A stretch of DNA of 55,505 nt. It comes from a virus. Its lineage: Duplodnaviria; Caudoviricetes. The translations under genes and the position numbers were made by a program. Location of the stretch: the IMG/VR virus record IMGVR_UViG_3300002026_000041, positions 1-55,505 of that record. One strand, given 5' to 3'. Under the pieces are notes generated by a model. That model saw only the letters and a program-made list of their open reading frames with translations, made no database searches and was not told the origin of the DNA. Shown here in pieces: positions 10,483 to 20,119 of this stretch (the first letter of the stretch is position 1; every line of letters starts with the position of its first letter).

Positions 10483-12315
10483 TTAATATGTAGTCGAAGC
10501 GAGATTTTTTGTTCTAACTTTTATATCAATGTTTGGGAATCTGATTTGGAAAATCTGATTGGTCTTCATATAAATTGTGCTGTCAGATTGTCTTATTTCT
10601 TTAGTTGTATCATCGACATATGATTGGGAAACCTCAGATGATGAATAATTTCCCCCAATTTTGTTAAATACACGGATTGCAACAACGTTTATAACTCCCG
10701 AAACATTTCCAATTTCTTTTGATAAATTACCAACCAATAACGGATCTCCCATTTTTCTTTTTGTAATATCAAAAAATGATGTTATTTCCTCAATAACCAA
10801 TTTCACAATATCGGTAGAATTTTCGTTTTTATTAACAACTAAATCAACCTCAACACCCATATCAATAACTTCACCACTTTGAATGTCAATATAATCATTT
10901 AACATCCTATAATTAGTCATGTAATTTATTACATTGTTTTTTAATGTATTGGAAACTGTGTCGATTAAATTACCACGTTCATCATAAGACAATAATTTAA
11001 CACGAACTTTATTATCTTCTTCCATCACACTCACTTTTGCTGGAGCTCCATATGTAGATGGCATTTTTTCAATTATAGATTTGTAATCGTTAAGTGTTAC
11101 CGCTCTATTTTGTGCTGAAAAATTATATGCTATCATATTTCTCATCTCATCAATTGTTGGGGCATCTGCTCCCCCAATTGCTGGGGTTATATTTGTCACT
11201 CTTAACGATTGACTTGTTTGGGTGTTTATAGACGAATTTGGACCGTTTACAACAAAATCATAGGTATCCATAGTCGTGATGACGTTAACCCCTATATTCG
11301 TATCTTTACCCCCTCCAACACGATATTTTATAAACATTGTACTGTTAGGTTGTGGAATTTCGCCCAAAGAAGTGTTATTTAAGAAAGTTGCTAAATTAAC
11401 TTTCATTGAACCTGTCATATAATTGTCCAAATTATCCATCGGGTCAACGTTACCTGATCCGAATGTTAATGAAAAATAACCTTCGGGCGTGTATTCAGTA
11501 TAAAATTTCTTGTTTACTTTAGTATAATTTCCAGCTTTATAATTTTCAGTATCGGAAGCAGATGTCGGATCTTCAATAAACACGTCATCTTGAATTAACG
11601 TATCAACCTCATACCATTTATTTGATGAGGACATAAATTCTTCGGATGTTGGATTTGCGTTATAATTTGTTCCGTTCTTATGAATAACTGATGTAATTCC
11701 TAAAACATTCTTCTCCGGAAGAAATAATTTTAGAAACGGTTTTTGATCGGGAGTTCCGATAACTTTTCTATAAATTCGGGTGACACCGTTAACAACGGGG
11801 GCTCTCTTTGTTATTGTGTATGAAATAAGTTTATTATTACTATTAAAATTTGGAACTTTTGTTCTATTTGTTGTTCCAGAACTATCAAATGGGCTTGAAA
11901 AATCAACATCTTCAAGAACCTCAAATGTCTGCCCACCACCAACAACTTTAGATCCAGCTTTTAAAATACCTGCATATCTTGAGTCCTCTTTATCCTTATA
12001 AACGGGAACATTTATACTGAAATCACATAAAGCTACGGATGGTCTTAACCCCGGTAACCTTATACCGTATGTCTTTGCAATGTGAAATAACGATTTCTTT
12101 TCCTGTGCAAAATCCAACATGGTTTCTTGCCACACTCTATCAATGTGAAAATGTAGGTTATCTGATACAGCAGCGTTTAAATCCAATAAAACTGAATAAA
12201 TTGATGCGTCATTAAAATTGGATACTAAATCGGGATAATATTGTTTTGTCAACTTAACCAATTCATCTCTTAAACTGGCAAAATCCCTTACTCCATATGA
12301 TATCTGTTTTGGCAT
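10483..12315 (-). CDS. baseplate wedge subunit (T4 gp6 / baseplate J-like)
   Basis: RDFASLRDEL N-terminus, FGSG, YRVGGGKDTN, AIGGADAPTIDEMR and AQNRAVTLNDY motifs typical of gp6/J; follows gp25-like gene. Confidence 0.9.
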   Translation of the reverse strand: MPKQISYGVRDFASLRDELVKLTKQYYPDLVSNFNDASIYSVLLDLNAAVSDNLHFHIDRVWQETMLDFAQEKKSLFHIAKTYGIRLPGLRPSVALCDFSINVPVYKDKEDSRYAGILKAGSKVVGGGQTFEVLEDVDFSSPFDSSGTTNRTKVPNFNSNNKLISYTITKRAPVVNGVTRIYRKVIGTPDQKPFLKLFLPEKNVLGITSVIHKNGTNYNANPTSEEFMSSSNKWYEVDTLIQDDVFIEDPTSASDTENYKAGNYTKVNKKFYTEYTPEGYFSLTFGSGNVDPMDNLDNYMTGSMKVNLATFLNNTSLGEIPQPNSTMFIKYRVGGGKDTNIGVNVITTMDTYDFVVNGPNSSINTQTSQSLRVTNITPAIGGADAPTIDEMRNMIAYNFSAQNRAVTLNDYKSIIEKMPSTYGAPAKVSVMEEDNKVRVKLLSYDERGNLIDTVSNTLKNNVINYMTNYRMLNDYIDIQSGEVIDMGVEVDLVVNKNENSTDIVKLVIEEITSFFDITKRKMGDPLLVGNLSKEIGNVSGVINVVAIRVFNKIGGNYSSSEVSQSYVDDTTKEIRQSDSTIYMKTNQIFQIRFPNIDIKVRTKNLASTTY

Positions 12316-12316
12316 A

Positions 12317-12766
12317 TTAAATGTTTATTATTACAAAATCTGATGTTGAAAATGCTCCATTATTTACTGTATAATCAAGTCGTACCTTGGCTGTATATGC
12401 TTTCGAAGAACTATCTGACACCCTAAATAACCTTTCATCTTCCTCTTCTGAAGGACTTTGGGGAACTTCAGGATCATTATCGGCACTAACAATGTTTATT
12501 GAGTTAATATCTAAGTTAGGAATATATTTCCTAACACCCTCCCGGATTTCATCCTCTATTTGTGTATATGAAATTGAATCGTTTGGTTCAAAAATAAATT
12601 CATATAAACGAGTTCCAAAATCAGGTAAAAAATAACGACTACCCTTACGGGTTAACAATAAATGAATTAGATCAGCTCTAACTTCTCTCTCTGGAGTTCC
12701 GGTCATCTGAACATAATTCCCAATTGCACTGTTCCTAAAAGGATAATCTATTCCGTAAGTACTCAT
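12317..12766 (-). CDS. baseplate wedge / sheath-initiator protein (gp25/GPW family)
   Basis: LLLTRKGSRYFLPDFGTRLYEFIFEP signature. Confidence 0.92.
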   Translation of the reverse strand: MSTYGIDYPFRNSAIGNYVQMTGTPEREVRADLIHLLLTRKGSRYFLPDFGTRLYEFIFEPNDSISYTQIEDEIREGVRKYIPNLDINSINIVSADNDPEVPQSPSEEEDERLFRVSDSSSKAYTAKVRLDYTVNNGAFSTSDFVIINI

Positions 12767-12770
12767 ATTT

Positions 12771-12778
12771 GATAAATA
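12771..12778 (-). promoter_or_regulatory. putative late promoter TATTTATC
   Basis: 4 nt upstream of gp25-like ATG. Confidence 0.55.
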
Positions 12779-12793
12779 TTAAGAAATAAAAAA

Positions 12794-12824
12794 TTTGGAT
12801 ATTAACTTTTTTTAATTACCTTTG
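12794..12824 (+). promoter_or_regulatory. Bacteroidota primary-sigma promoter (-33 TTTG / -7 TAnnTTTG), probably giving a leaderless transcript
   Basis: TTTG 12794-12797, 19-nt spacer, TACCTTTG 12817-12824; ATG 4 nt downstream at 12829. Confidence 0.7.
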
Positions 12825-12828
12825 TTGG

Positions 12829-13170
12829 ATGAAAAAGATAATAATTATACTATTCCTCAGTTCGGTAACAGTTTTATTAAACGCTCAAGAACCCGTTCAT
12901 AAGTATTATTTTTATGTTCACAATGATTATTCTACTCAAGGGGAACTATATCATACATTATTTAATGATATTGGGAACTCTGACGAATTATTCTTATGGT
13001 GCTGTGATTGTATTATGTTTTACGCCAGGGTTTTTGAAATTTCATATAATACAATGAATCTTATATTGTTTGTATTTCTACAACCATTCATTATTTTCGT
13101 TTTTTTCTTATTAATTTTAAAACAAAAATTTAAGATAGAAAAGCTTAAGCGGAAAATTCTTTTGGGTTAA
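12829..13170 (+). CDS. small membrane protein with signal-peptide-like N-terminus
   Basis: 113 aa; MKKIIIILFLSSVTVLLNA leader; hydrophobic helix LILFVFLQPFIIFVFFLLIL followed by a basic tail; opposite strand to neighbours, own promoter. Confidence 0.75.
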   Translation: MKKIIIILFLSSVTVLLNAQEPVHKYYFYVHNDYSTQGELYHTLFNDIGNSDELFLWCCDCIMFYARVFEISYNTMNLILFVFLQPFIIFVFFLLILKQKFKIEKLKRKILLG

Positions 13171-14182
13171 TAATTAAACTAATTTTAACTTTATCATTTT
13201 CATCCGCAGTATCTGGATGTTCAATATAAGCAATTTGTCTGGCGGCTCTGTATGGAGTTAAATTATCTTTTTTCATTACATATGACATTTGTTCCAAAAA
13301 AGACATTCCTTTAATTTCTTCTTTACTTACCGTATAACCAATACCCTTACTAAAATCATATGTGTCTATAATTTTATATGTACCATCTTTCTGTAATTGA
13401 TATGTAAATGCTCCAAGAGTGGACGCCACTTGAAAATAAGGATCGGTTGCCGTTCTTAATAAAATATCTTTGGTGCTTGCCCCTGTTTTAGTGTCGAAAA
13501 TCTCTTTAATTTTTCCTCCGTAATCAGAATAATCAGTAACACCACGTTCTCGTTTTTTACCCTTTTTAATTGCGTTTTGAATAACGTTGTAAATAACATT
13601 TCTTTGTGATTTCGTAAAATCGGATCCAGTTAATGGACGGGTAAAAAACATTTGAGCCACATTAGGAGCCATTTTTCTCATAAATCCCTTAATATCGCCG
13701 ACACCTTCTTTTACTTTATTACTGATCGCATCACCCGTTGCACTTAATTTATCACTTATAACATCGCCAGCAGCATTTAATTTATTACCTATAACATCGC
13801 TGGCCGATTTTATTTTATTACCGAACTCGTCAACTTTATCCATAATAGCATCACCTGTTGATCTTAGTTTTTCCGGAAATGTTGAAGTGGTAGATTTAAT
13901 TTTATTGGCCGTAGTATTAACCGTTTTCGCAACATTTTGTGCTGTCTGAGCAACTGGTTTTGGATTATATCTATTATTTAATTTTTTAATAGCATCAGGG
14001 TAATTGGCTAAAGATAACCATTTATTAGTTCCCTTTCGTGATCCATACCATTGATTATTAGATAATTTATAATCCCATGCTTTATCAAAATCAGTGTAGA
14101 TTTTTTCGGACTGTTCTTTAATAACTTCGTCAACAACTCGTTGTATTTGGGATTCGGTTAATATGTAGATTTTTTTGGGCAT
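13145..14182 (-). CDS. hypothetical protein, possibly head-packaged/ejected; 11-residue amphipathic repeats
   Basis: likely start ATG 14182 (MPKKIYILTESQIQRVVDEVIKEQ); the ORF-track start 14239 lies inside a terminator; TATTTATT motif upstream. Confidence 0.65.
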   Translation of the reverse strand: MPKKIYILTESQIQRVVDEVIKEQSEKIYTDFDKAWDYKLSNNQWYGSRKGTNKWLSLANYPDAIKKLNNRYNPKPVAQTAQNVAKTVNTTANKIKSTTSTFPEKLRSTGDAIMDKVDEFGNKIKSASDVIGNKLNAAGDVISDKLSATGDAISNKVKEGVGDIKGFMRKMAPNVAQMFFTRPLTGSDFTKSQRNVIYNVIQNAIKKGKKRERGVTDYSDYGGKIKEIFDTKTGASTKDILLRTATDPYFQVASTLGAFTYQLQKDGTYKIIDTYDFSKGIGYTVSKEEIKGMSFLEQMSYVMKKDNLTPYRAARQIAYIEHPDTADENDKVKISLIINPKEFSA

Positions 14183-14220
14183 AAATTTAATATATAATAT
14201 AATAAATATCCAGTAAATAC

Positions 14221-14252
14221 AAAAAAAGGTGGAGAACAATCCCCACCTTTTC
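14221..14252 (-). terminator. intrinsic terminator ending the replication operon
   Basis: minus strand AGGTGGGGA-TTGT-TCTCCACCT followed by T-run, immediately after stop of 14253..14438. Confidence 0.8.
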
Positions 14253-14438
14253 TTATAACCTTTTACATTTCTTTAACCACTCTTCCAAATAGGAAATGTC
14301 ATTACTTACAAATCCGTCCCGGGAATCAACTTGGAAATCTCTCACCATTCTTACCATATCATATACCGTAAGAAAGTATCCTTCAACAATTTTCTCTTGT
14401 TCGCCTACCACGATGAGTTTTGTTTCTAATGGAATCAT
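14253..14438 (-). CDS. hypothetical protein
   Basis: 61-aa ORF between RNR and terminator, AT-rich leader. Confidence 0.6.
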   Translation of the reverse strand: MIPLETKLIVVGEQEKIVEGYFLTVYDMVRMVRDFQVDSRDGFVSNDISYLEEWLKKCKRL

Positions 14439-14464
14439 AATTTAATTTATTTTATAGTTTTATA

Positions 14465-17026
14465 TTATCCACATTTGGTATTTCCACATCCCATACAAAT
14501 TAAACACCCTTCTTTAAACTCAAGATGAGTACTACCGCAATTTGGACATTTACCCTTACCCTTTTCACCGTCTTTAATATATTTCTTGATAACCCTAGCA
14601 ACACCGTTTTTCCATGTGTTAATATAATCTTCGGTAAATGTTAAAGATTCAACTAAATCATAAACATATACAAGTGGCATCCTCTGACGTAAAACACCTG
14701 AAACTAATTTTGCATAATTCCAAAATTCGGGGTTAAAAGCGTGATTTAACCCAGTATGAGTGTGTTTAATTCCGTCATTATCAACATATTCAATGTCATA
14801 CCTTTTAATTTTTATAACATTTCCTTCAGAATCGACAGCATCGACGATATTCTTTACTACCTCACATTCTTTTACGCTTGGAGGTAAGTTGCTTAATCCG
14901 TTTTCGAGTTTACCCGTAAAAATTTCATAAGGTCTTCCATCCCTGATTCCAACTACACCGATCCACTTCTCCAAATTATTCTGAAAACGATGAATATCGG
15001 CTTTTAATCTTTTAGGTCTTTTTGCTATATGAATCTCTTCAGGTATAACTTCTTTTTTCTTCTCAGTAGCACTGACTAATACACCACTTCTAGAACCATC
15101 ACGATACACGGTTAAACCTTTACACCCACTTCTCCATCCTGTTTCATATACTTTAGAAACAACTTCTTCAGTAGTCTCCTTTGGTAGGTTTACAGTCACC
15201 GAAATGGAGTGATCGACATGTTTCTGTATTCTCCCCTGCATTTCCACCTTTTTAACCCAATCAACATCATTTGATGTGGCCTTATAATATGGAGATTGTG
15301 GCACAATCTCGTTAATTATGTTATCAATTTCCATTTGTTTAACTCGGTCAACGTCAAATCCCGCACGATCCAACCATAATTCAAAATTGTGGTGAAAAAC
15401 GGGATATTCTTGCCAAGTAACACCTTCTTCATCGATAAAATCAACTCTTGTTCCCTTCTCTTGTGGATTAATTTTTCTACGTCTCTTATAAACAGGAAGA
15501 AATACTGGTTCAATACCTGAAGTCGTTTGAGTCATAATACTTGCAGTTCCCGTTGGCGCAATGGTTAATAAGGAAATGTTTCTACGACCAAATTTTTCCA
15601 TCATGTCGTATAATTCAGGATCTTCATCCTTGATACGGAGAATAAATGGGTTATTCACCTCATTTTTTACGGCGAATATCGGAAATGATCCCCTTTCTTT
15701 TGCCATAATGACGCTTGAACGGTATGAATTTAATTTTAATCTTTTATGTACTTCCTCACTAAAATCGGTAGCCTTGTCAGTTCCATATATTAACCCCAAA
15801 GCTGCCAACATATCACCCTCACCTGTTACCCCAAGACCAGTTCTACGCCCACGAATGGTTTTATCTTTAATTCTTTCCCATAACTCACGTTCAACTCTTT
15901 TTATCTTTGGATCTTCTGGATCTGAATCAATTTTACCAATGATAGTGTTTATTTTTTCGATTTCCAAATCAATAATGTCATCCATATATCGTTGAGAAAT
16001 TTGTGCATCTTTCTCGAATAATTCCCAATCAAAATTAGCTTCTGTGGTAAATGGGTTAACAACATATCCAAATAAATTCAATGCTAATAACCTACATGAA
16101 TCATCAGCACATAAAGGAATTTCGCCACATGGGTTAGTGGAAATTGTTTTATACCCTTGATCAGCATAACAATCAGCAACACTTTCTTTAATGATCGTAT
16201 CCCAGAAAAGAATTCCCGGTTCGGCTGATTTCCATGCGTTATATATAATTTTCTTCCATAATTTCTGGGCATCAATTTCATTTACAAACGATGGATTCTT
16301 ACTATCAATAGGAAATTGTTGTTTGTACATTTTACCACCCATTGCAGCTTCCATAAAATCGTCATGCAATTTTACAGATATATTTGCACCCGTAACCATT
16401 CCTGATTCCATTTTAGCATCAATAAATTTCTCGGAATCTGGATGTTTAATGGAAATACTTTCCATTAATGCGCCTCTTCGACCGTCTTGGGCAACTTCTT
16501 TTGTACTACGTGAAAACCTCTCCATAAAGGGAACAACGCCTGTACTAGTTATCGCCGAATTTTTTACAGGGCTACCCGATGGACGAACAAAAGACAAATC
16601 AGTACCAACGCCACCTCGTCTTTTTTCCAACTGAACCAATTCTTGATCAAGTTTCATAATTCCACCATAGCTATCACTTTCACCATCATTCCCAATAACA
16701 AAACAATTGGAAAGAGAGACAACTTGAAAATTGTTTCCTATCCCGGACATTGGAGATCCTTGGGGAATAATTCTTTTAAACCCTTTCAGAGTTTCATAAA
16801 TCTCTTCGACGCTTAATGGATTAGGGTATTTAGATTCAACGCGTGCCAATTCTTGAGCAATCCTCCGATGCATATCATCAGGAGTTAATTCATAGTAATT
16901 TTTATCGTCTTTTAAACAATATTTTTTCATCCACACATCGGATGCGAGTTCGTCGTCTTTGAAATATTCTAGGGTTGCTTTTAAAACCTCTTCACTAGAA
17001 TAGGATTTCTGTATTCTTTCCAACAT
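14465..17026 (-). CDS. nrdJ: ribonucleotide reductase, class II (adenosylcobalamin-dependent)
   Basis: SLSNCFV, GRRGALM, TNPCGEI, IAPTGT, KGLTVYRDGSR motifs; C-terminal CPNC...CMGC zinc ribbon; no ATP cone; no beta-subunit gene adjacent. Confidence 0.9.
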   Translation of the reverse strand: MLERIQKSYSSEEVLKATLEYFKDDELASDVWMKKYCLKDDKNYYELTPDDMHRRIAQELARVESKYPNPLSVEEIYETLKGFKRIIPQGSPMSGIGNNFQVVSLSNCFVIGNDGESDSYGGIMKLDQELVQLEKRRGGVGTDLSFVRPSGSPVKNSAITSTGVVPFMERFSRSTKEVAQDGRRGALMESISIKHPDSEKFIDAKMESGMVTGANISVKLHDDFMEAAMGGKMYKQQFPIDSKNPSFVNEIDAQKLWKKIIYNAWKSAEPGILFWDTIIKESVADCYADQGYKTISTNPCGEIPLCADDSCRLLALNLFGYVVNPFTTEANFDWELFEKDAQISQRYMDDIIDLEIEKINTIIGKIDSDPEDPKIKRVERELWERIKDKTIRGRRTGLGVTGEGDMLAALGLIYGTDKATDFSEEVHKRLKLNSYRSSVIMAKERGSFPIFAVKNEVNNPFILRIKDEDPELYDMMEKFGRRNISLLTIAPTGTASIMTQTTSGIEPVFLPVYKRRRKINPQEKGTRVDFIDEEGVTWQEYPVFHHNFELWLDRAGFDVDRVKQMEIDNIINEIVPQSPYYKATSNDVDWVKKVEMQGRIQKHVDHSISVTVNLPKETTEEVVSKVYETGWRSGCKGLTVYRDGSRSGVLVSATEKKKEVIPEEIHIAKRPKRLKADIHRFQNNLEKWIGVVGIRDGRPYEIFTGKLENGLSNLPPSVKECEVVKNIVDAVDSEGNVIKIKRYDIEYVDNDGIKHTHTGLNHAFNPEFWNYAKLVSGVLRQRMPLVYVYDLVESLTFTEDYINTWKNGVARVIKKYIKDGEKGKGKCPNCGSTHLEFKEGCLICMGCGNTKCG

Positions 17027-17050
17027 AAATTTATTTATTTTAAATGATTA

Positions 17051-18619
17051 TTATATGGGGACACCTTCCATTTGCCTACTAGCCTTATACACTTCAACAG
17101 CTCGTTTAGTAATTTGTTGTGGAGTTAATACTATTTTTTCTTTATCTTCCGGAGGGGGTTTTGGTATATCAAACTCAACACTAGGTTTAATATCACTGTT
17201 ATGAGTTGAAAGAGACTCTTTAAAATCAACGAGTTCCTTTTCGAGTTTAAGTTCTTTCATTTTCTTTTCTTTGAAAACCTCAATTGCTCTTTCCTTCTTT
17301 CGTTCAGATTTCTGTTCAATATGTCCTAATAACGTATTTTGAGTGTCAGTACTAATCTCTAATAATTCATTATTAAATAAACAATTATTAAAAACAATAC
17401 CATCCTTTCCAATACGAGATTTAAGAATAGTTACAGTTGCAAGATTATTTTCTTTTTGTTCCAAAGTTTTTCCCGCAGAAATTACCACATGTCCAATTTG
17501 AGCCTTTTTGATTGATCCACCCATTTGATCTGTGGTAACAACTTCTGATGAAATACTATCACGGTTTCCTTGGGTTGCTGTCCATATAGCAATATTAAAC
17601 TCGTCAGTCATTGATTCCAAACTTCTCATAATGGATCCTTCTCCTTTCCATTCTTCACCATTAACAGATCCTTCACCTGCAATACAATCAATATAATCAA
17701 GAACCAACAAATCCAACTTAAATCCTTCGGAAGCTAATTTTCGAATCTTATTTTTAATATCAGCAACTGTTACACCAAAAGCTGGTAATTTGGCGAATTT
17801 TAAAGTATTTTTTCTTTCCTCTTTTAGGTGAGCCATAAACTCAACAATATCTTTTTTGTGTTTAGGTTGCTGATCTGAAACAATACCCGTCCATATTGTG
17901 TAATGTTTCCTACGAATATCAACTAAATTATCCTCAAAAAATATTTGTAAAACATTAGCTCCCTGTCCATATGCTGAATTAGCCATTTTTGTTAACCATG
18001 TGGTTTTACCAACACCAGTCGGGGCAAGAAATAACGCCATTTCACCTTTTGCTATTCCACCTTTAAGAAGAACATCAATTCCATCTATTCCGGTTGCATA
18101 TGGGACTCTAGATTCTTCATCCAGTGATTCTTCAACGTTATCGCAAATATCTTCAACATCATCGGTTACTGAACCAACCTGAAGAGCAGCCTGAATCTTT
18201 CCCTCAATTTTATCATACTCCTCGAAATCACCCTGATTCATAATCTCTTCCGATTCCTTTAACGCCTTTTTCAGGACTTGTTGGCGGCAGAAGTTTAATG
18301 ACGTTCTTTTAACATAAGGAGCTTCACTTTCGTTTTCCTTATCTTTTATTGCATTTAACGTGTCAACATGAACCTTTCCAGTTATGTCGGTATTTTCCGC
18401 CATAATCTTTTGATATAAGGTTTCATAATTGGGAACAATACCGAATGAATCATAAAGTTCTTTAATGTTTTGCATTAGATATTTGAAGTAAGGACCATCA
18501 AAATACTTACTATCAATAACATCTATAATGGTAACAGCGAACTTTTTATCTTCAATAATAGCCTTCAGCAAGGACTGTTGAAAAGATGTCCCTAAATACC
18601 CAAAATTTTTATCACTCAT
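17051..18619 (-). CDS. replicative DNA helicase (DnaB / T4 gp41-like)
   Basis: Walker A APTGVGKT, LLVLDYID, WTATQGNR, ILKSRIG motifs. Confidence 0.9.
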   Translation of the reverse strand: MSDKNFGYLGTSFQQSLLKAIIEDKKFAVTIIDVIDSKYFDGPYFKYLMQNIKELYDSFGIVPNYETLYQKIMAENTDITGKVHVDTLNAIKDKENESEAPYVKRTSLNFCRQQVLKKALKESEEIMNQGDFEEYDKIEGKIQAALQVGSVTDDVEDICDNVEESLDEESRVPYATGIDGIDVLLKGGIAKGEMALFLAPTGVGKTTWLTKMANSAYGQGANVLQIFFEDNLVDIRRKHYTIWTGIVSDQQPKHKKDIVEFMAHLKEERKNTLKFAKLPAFGVTVADIKNKIRKLASEGFKLDLLVLDYIDCIAGEGSVNGEEWKGEGSIMRSLESMTDEFNIAIWTATQGNRDSISSEVVTTDQMGGSIKKAQIGHVVISAGKTLEQKENNLATVTILKSRIGKDGIVFNNCLFNNELLEISTDTQNTLLGHIEQKSERKKERAIEVFKEKKMKELKLEKELVDFKESLSTHNSDIKPSVEFDIPKPPPEDKEKIVLTPQQITKRAVEVYKASRQMEGVPI

Positions 18620-18628
18620 ATTTTATTT

Positions 18629-19075
18629 CTATCTTAACGCGTAACCTAAGTAATCTTTATTCAATTCTTTTTGTGATAACACATCGGTTAAATCACTTAG
18701 AATTTTTCTTACTTTTGGACGAATATCTACCGCATATCTTACTTTAGGGTGATAAATGTGAGCAGGAAATATTCTAGAAATAAATACGCGATCCCCCTGC
18801 TTTATTTCTAATATAAAGTTTTCTTCTTTATAATTTTGGATCTCCTCTTGTCTCTGTTCTTCAGAGATGAAAGCATCGTCAATACTCATCATTTCGTAGG
18901 TCCTGTCTTTCAAATCTATTGCAATGTCTTCACAAATATTTGTGACACATTCATAAAGATCAATAGAGGTTTTCGATGCTGGATTGTGATGAGTCACATT
19001 GAAAAATCTCTGAATAACGATGTTGTTTTCGAGCTTTAAAAGAAACTCTAATTTTGTAATGTCCTGATTTTGCAT
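18629..19075 (-). CDS. hypothetical protein in replication operon
   Basis: 148-aa ORF tightly packed between exonuclease and helicase. Confidence 0.7.
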   Translation of the reverse strand: MQNQDITKLEFLLKLENNIVIQRFFNVTHHNPASKTSIDLYECVTNICEDIAIDLKDRTYEMMSIDDAFISEEQRQEEIQNYKEENFILEIKQGDRVFISRIFPAHIYHPKVRYAVDIRPKVRKILSDLTDVLSQKELNKDYLGYALR

Positions 19076-19079
19076 AATT

Positions 19080-20099
19080 TTAATTTTTTAAGAATTTTAA
19101 TTGTTGTTTATTATTCTTTTCTTTCCTCGTTAATTTAAGGAAGGGGTTGAGGAATTTTATCCATGCGTCATCTGATTTAGGCAACACATTAAATAACCCA
19201 TCTTCCATCATCATTTTCATCGTGTTTTTGTACGATCGACCTTCTGGATCTAAATTTTCGTTAATTAATTCGTTAATACTTGTTTTCGCTTCATCTGTTA
19301 AAAATGGTTTTTGTAAACTTACAATGGTATTATTAATATCAAAAAATTCATCACCGAAAACACCATATTTTGTAACTCCGGTAATTAAGTTCTTTACAAT
19401 TTTACTCTCCTTATCTTGCTCGAAAAGAAAATTTGTTTTATATCGTACATATTCTAATGTTAATGGTTGAGTTTCGATTTCAGGAAAAAGACCTTTAAGT
19501 GTTTTAATCCCCATTCCTTTAATTCCTGCAATATCATCAGAATAATCTCCGCACAACATTTTAACCAAACTTATGTTTTCAATTAGGACTTCCTCTTTGT
19601 CATAGACAAAAGTATCCTTTGGTTTATATAATTTTCTGTGGGATGGGTTGTAAAGTTGTGTTTTATCGTCAACTAATTGAGTTAGGTCACCATCTGAAGA
19701 GAATATTATCTTCTTTTCATTAGGTTGTTGCTGACAATAATAAGCAATACAGTCGTCAGTTTCACATTGAGGGTATTCACCCTGCCTAACATAAACTTCT
19801 TCTAAATATTGCTTAATTCTATCCCTTTGATACTTGTACGAACTTTCTTCTTCTGGCGTTTTAGGACGGGATTTTCTAGATTCTTTATAATGACTATAAA
19901 TCCTCTTTCTTTGAATAGCACTATCTTCACCGTCCCAAAAGACAACTATCTTATCTAAATGATAATTTTCAAATGATAATCTAAGGGTATTGAGGAAATG
20001 GAATATTCCCCCAATATGTTCACCCTTATAGAAATAATTTTTAACCCCGTAAAATCCAATGGTTAATAGGTTATCCCCATCAACTAATAAGACAGACAT
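19080..20099 (-). CDS. 5'-3' exonuclease / flap endonuclease (T4 RNase H, PolI N-terminal family)
   Basis: LLVDGDNL, VFWDG, ETDDCIA, SSDGDLTQL, GDYSDDIAGIKGMGIKT (helix-hairpin-helix). Confidence 0.92.
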   Translation of the reverse strand: MSVLLVDGDNLLTIGFYGVKNYFYKGEHIGGIFHFLNTLRLSFENYHLDKIVVFWDGEDSAIQRKRIYSHYKESRKSRPKTPEEESSYKYQRDRIKQYLEEVYVRQGEYPQCETDDCIAYYCQQQPNEKKIIFSSDGDLTQLVDDKTQLYNPSHRKLYKPKDTFVYDKEEVLIENISLVKMLCGDYSDDIAGIKGMGIKTLKGLFPEIETQPLTLEYVRYKTNFLFEQDKESKIVKNLITGVTKYGVFGDEFFDINNTIVSLQKPFLTDEAKTSINELINENLDPEGRSYKNTMKMMMEDGLFNVLPKSDDAWIKFLNPFLKLTRKEKNNKQQLKFLKN

Positions 20100-20119
20100 T
20101 TTTTTTCATTTATTCGTTA

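Noticed and set aside
14183-14239. ORF-track upstream starts (14239, 22704, 42888, 43417, 55461)
   Set aside because: Extensions run through terminators, promoters or neighbouring genes, or use internal TTG; ATG at 14182, 22617, 42849 and 43423 fit better and the last gene is truncated by the window edge
14465-17026. Intein or intron in RNR or DNA polymerase
   Set aside because: Catalytic motifs are contiguous and lengths ordinary; no splice-junction or LAGLIDADG blocks seen
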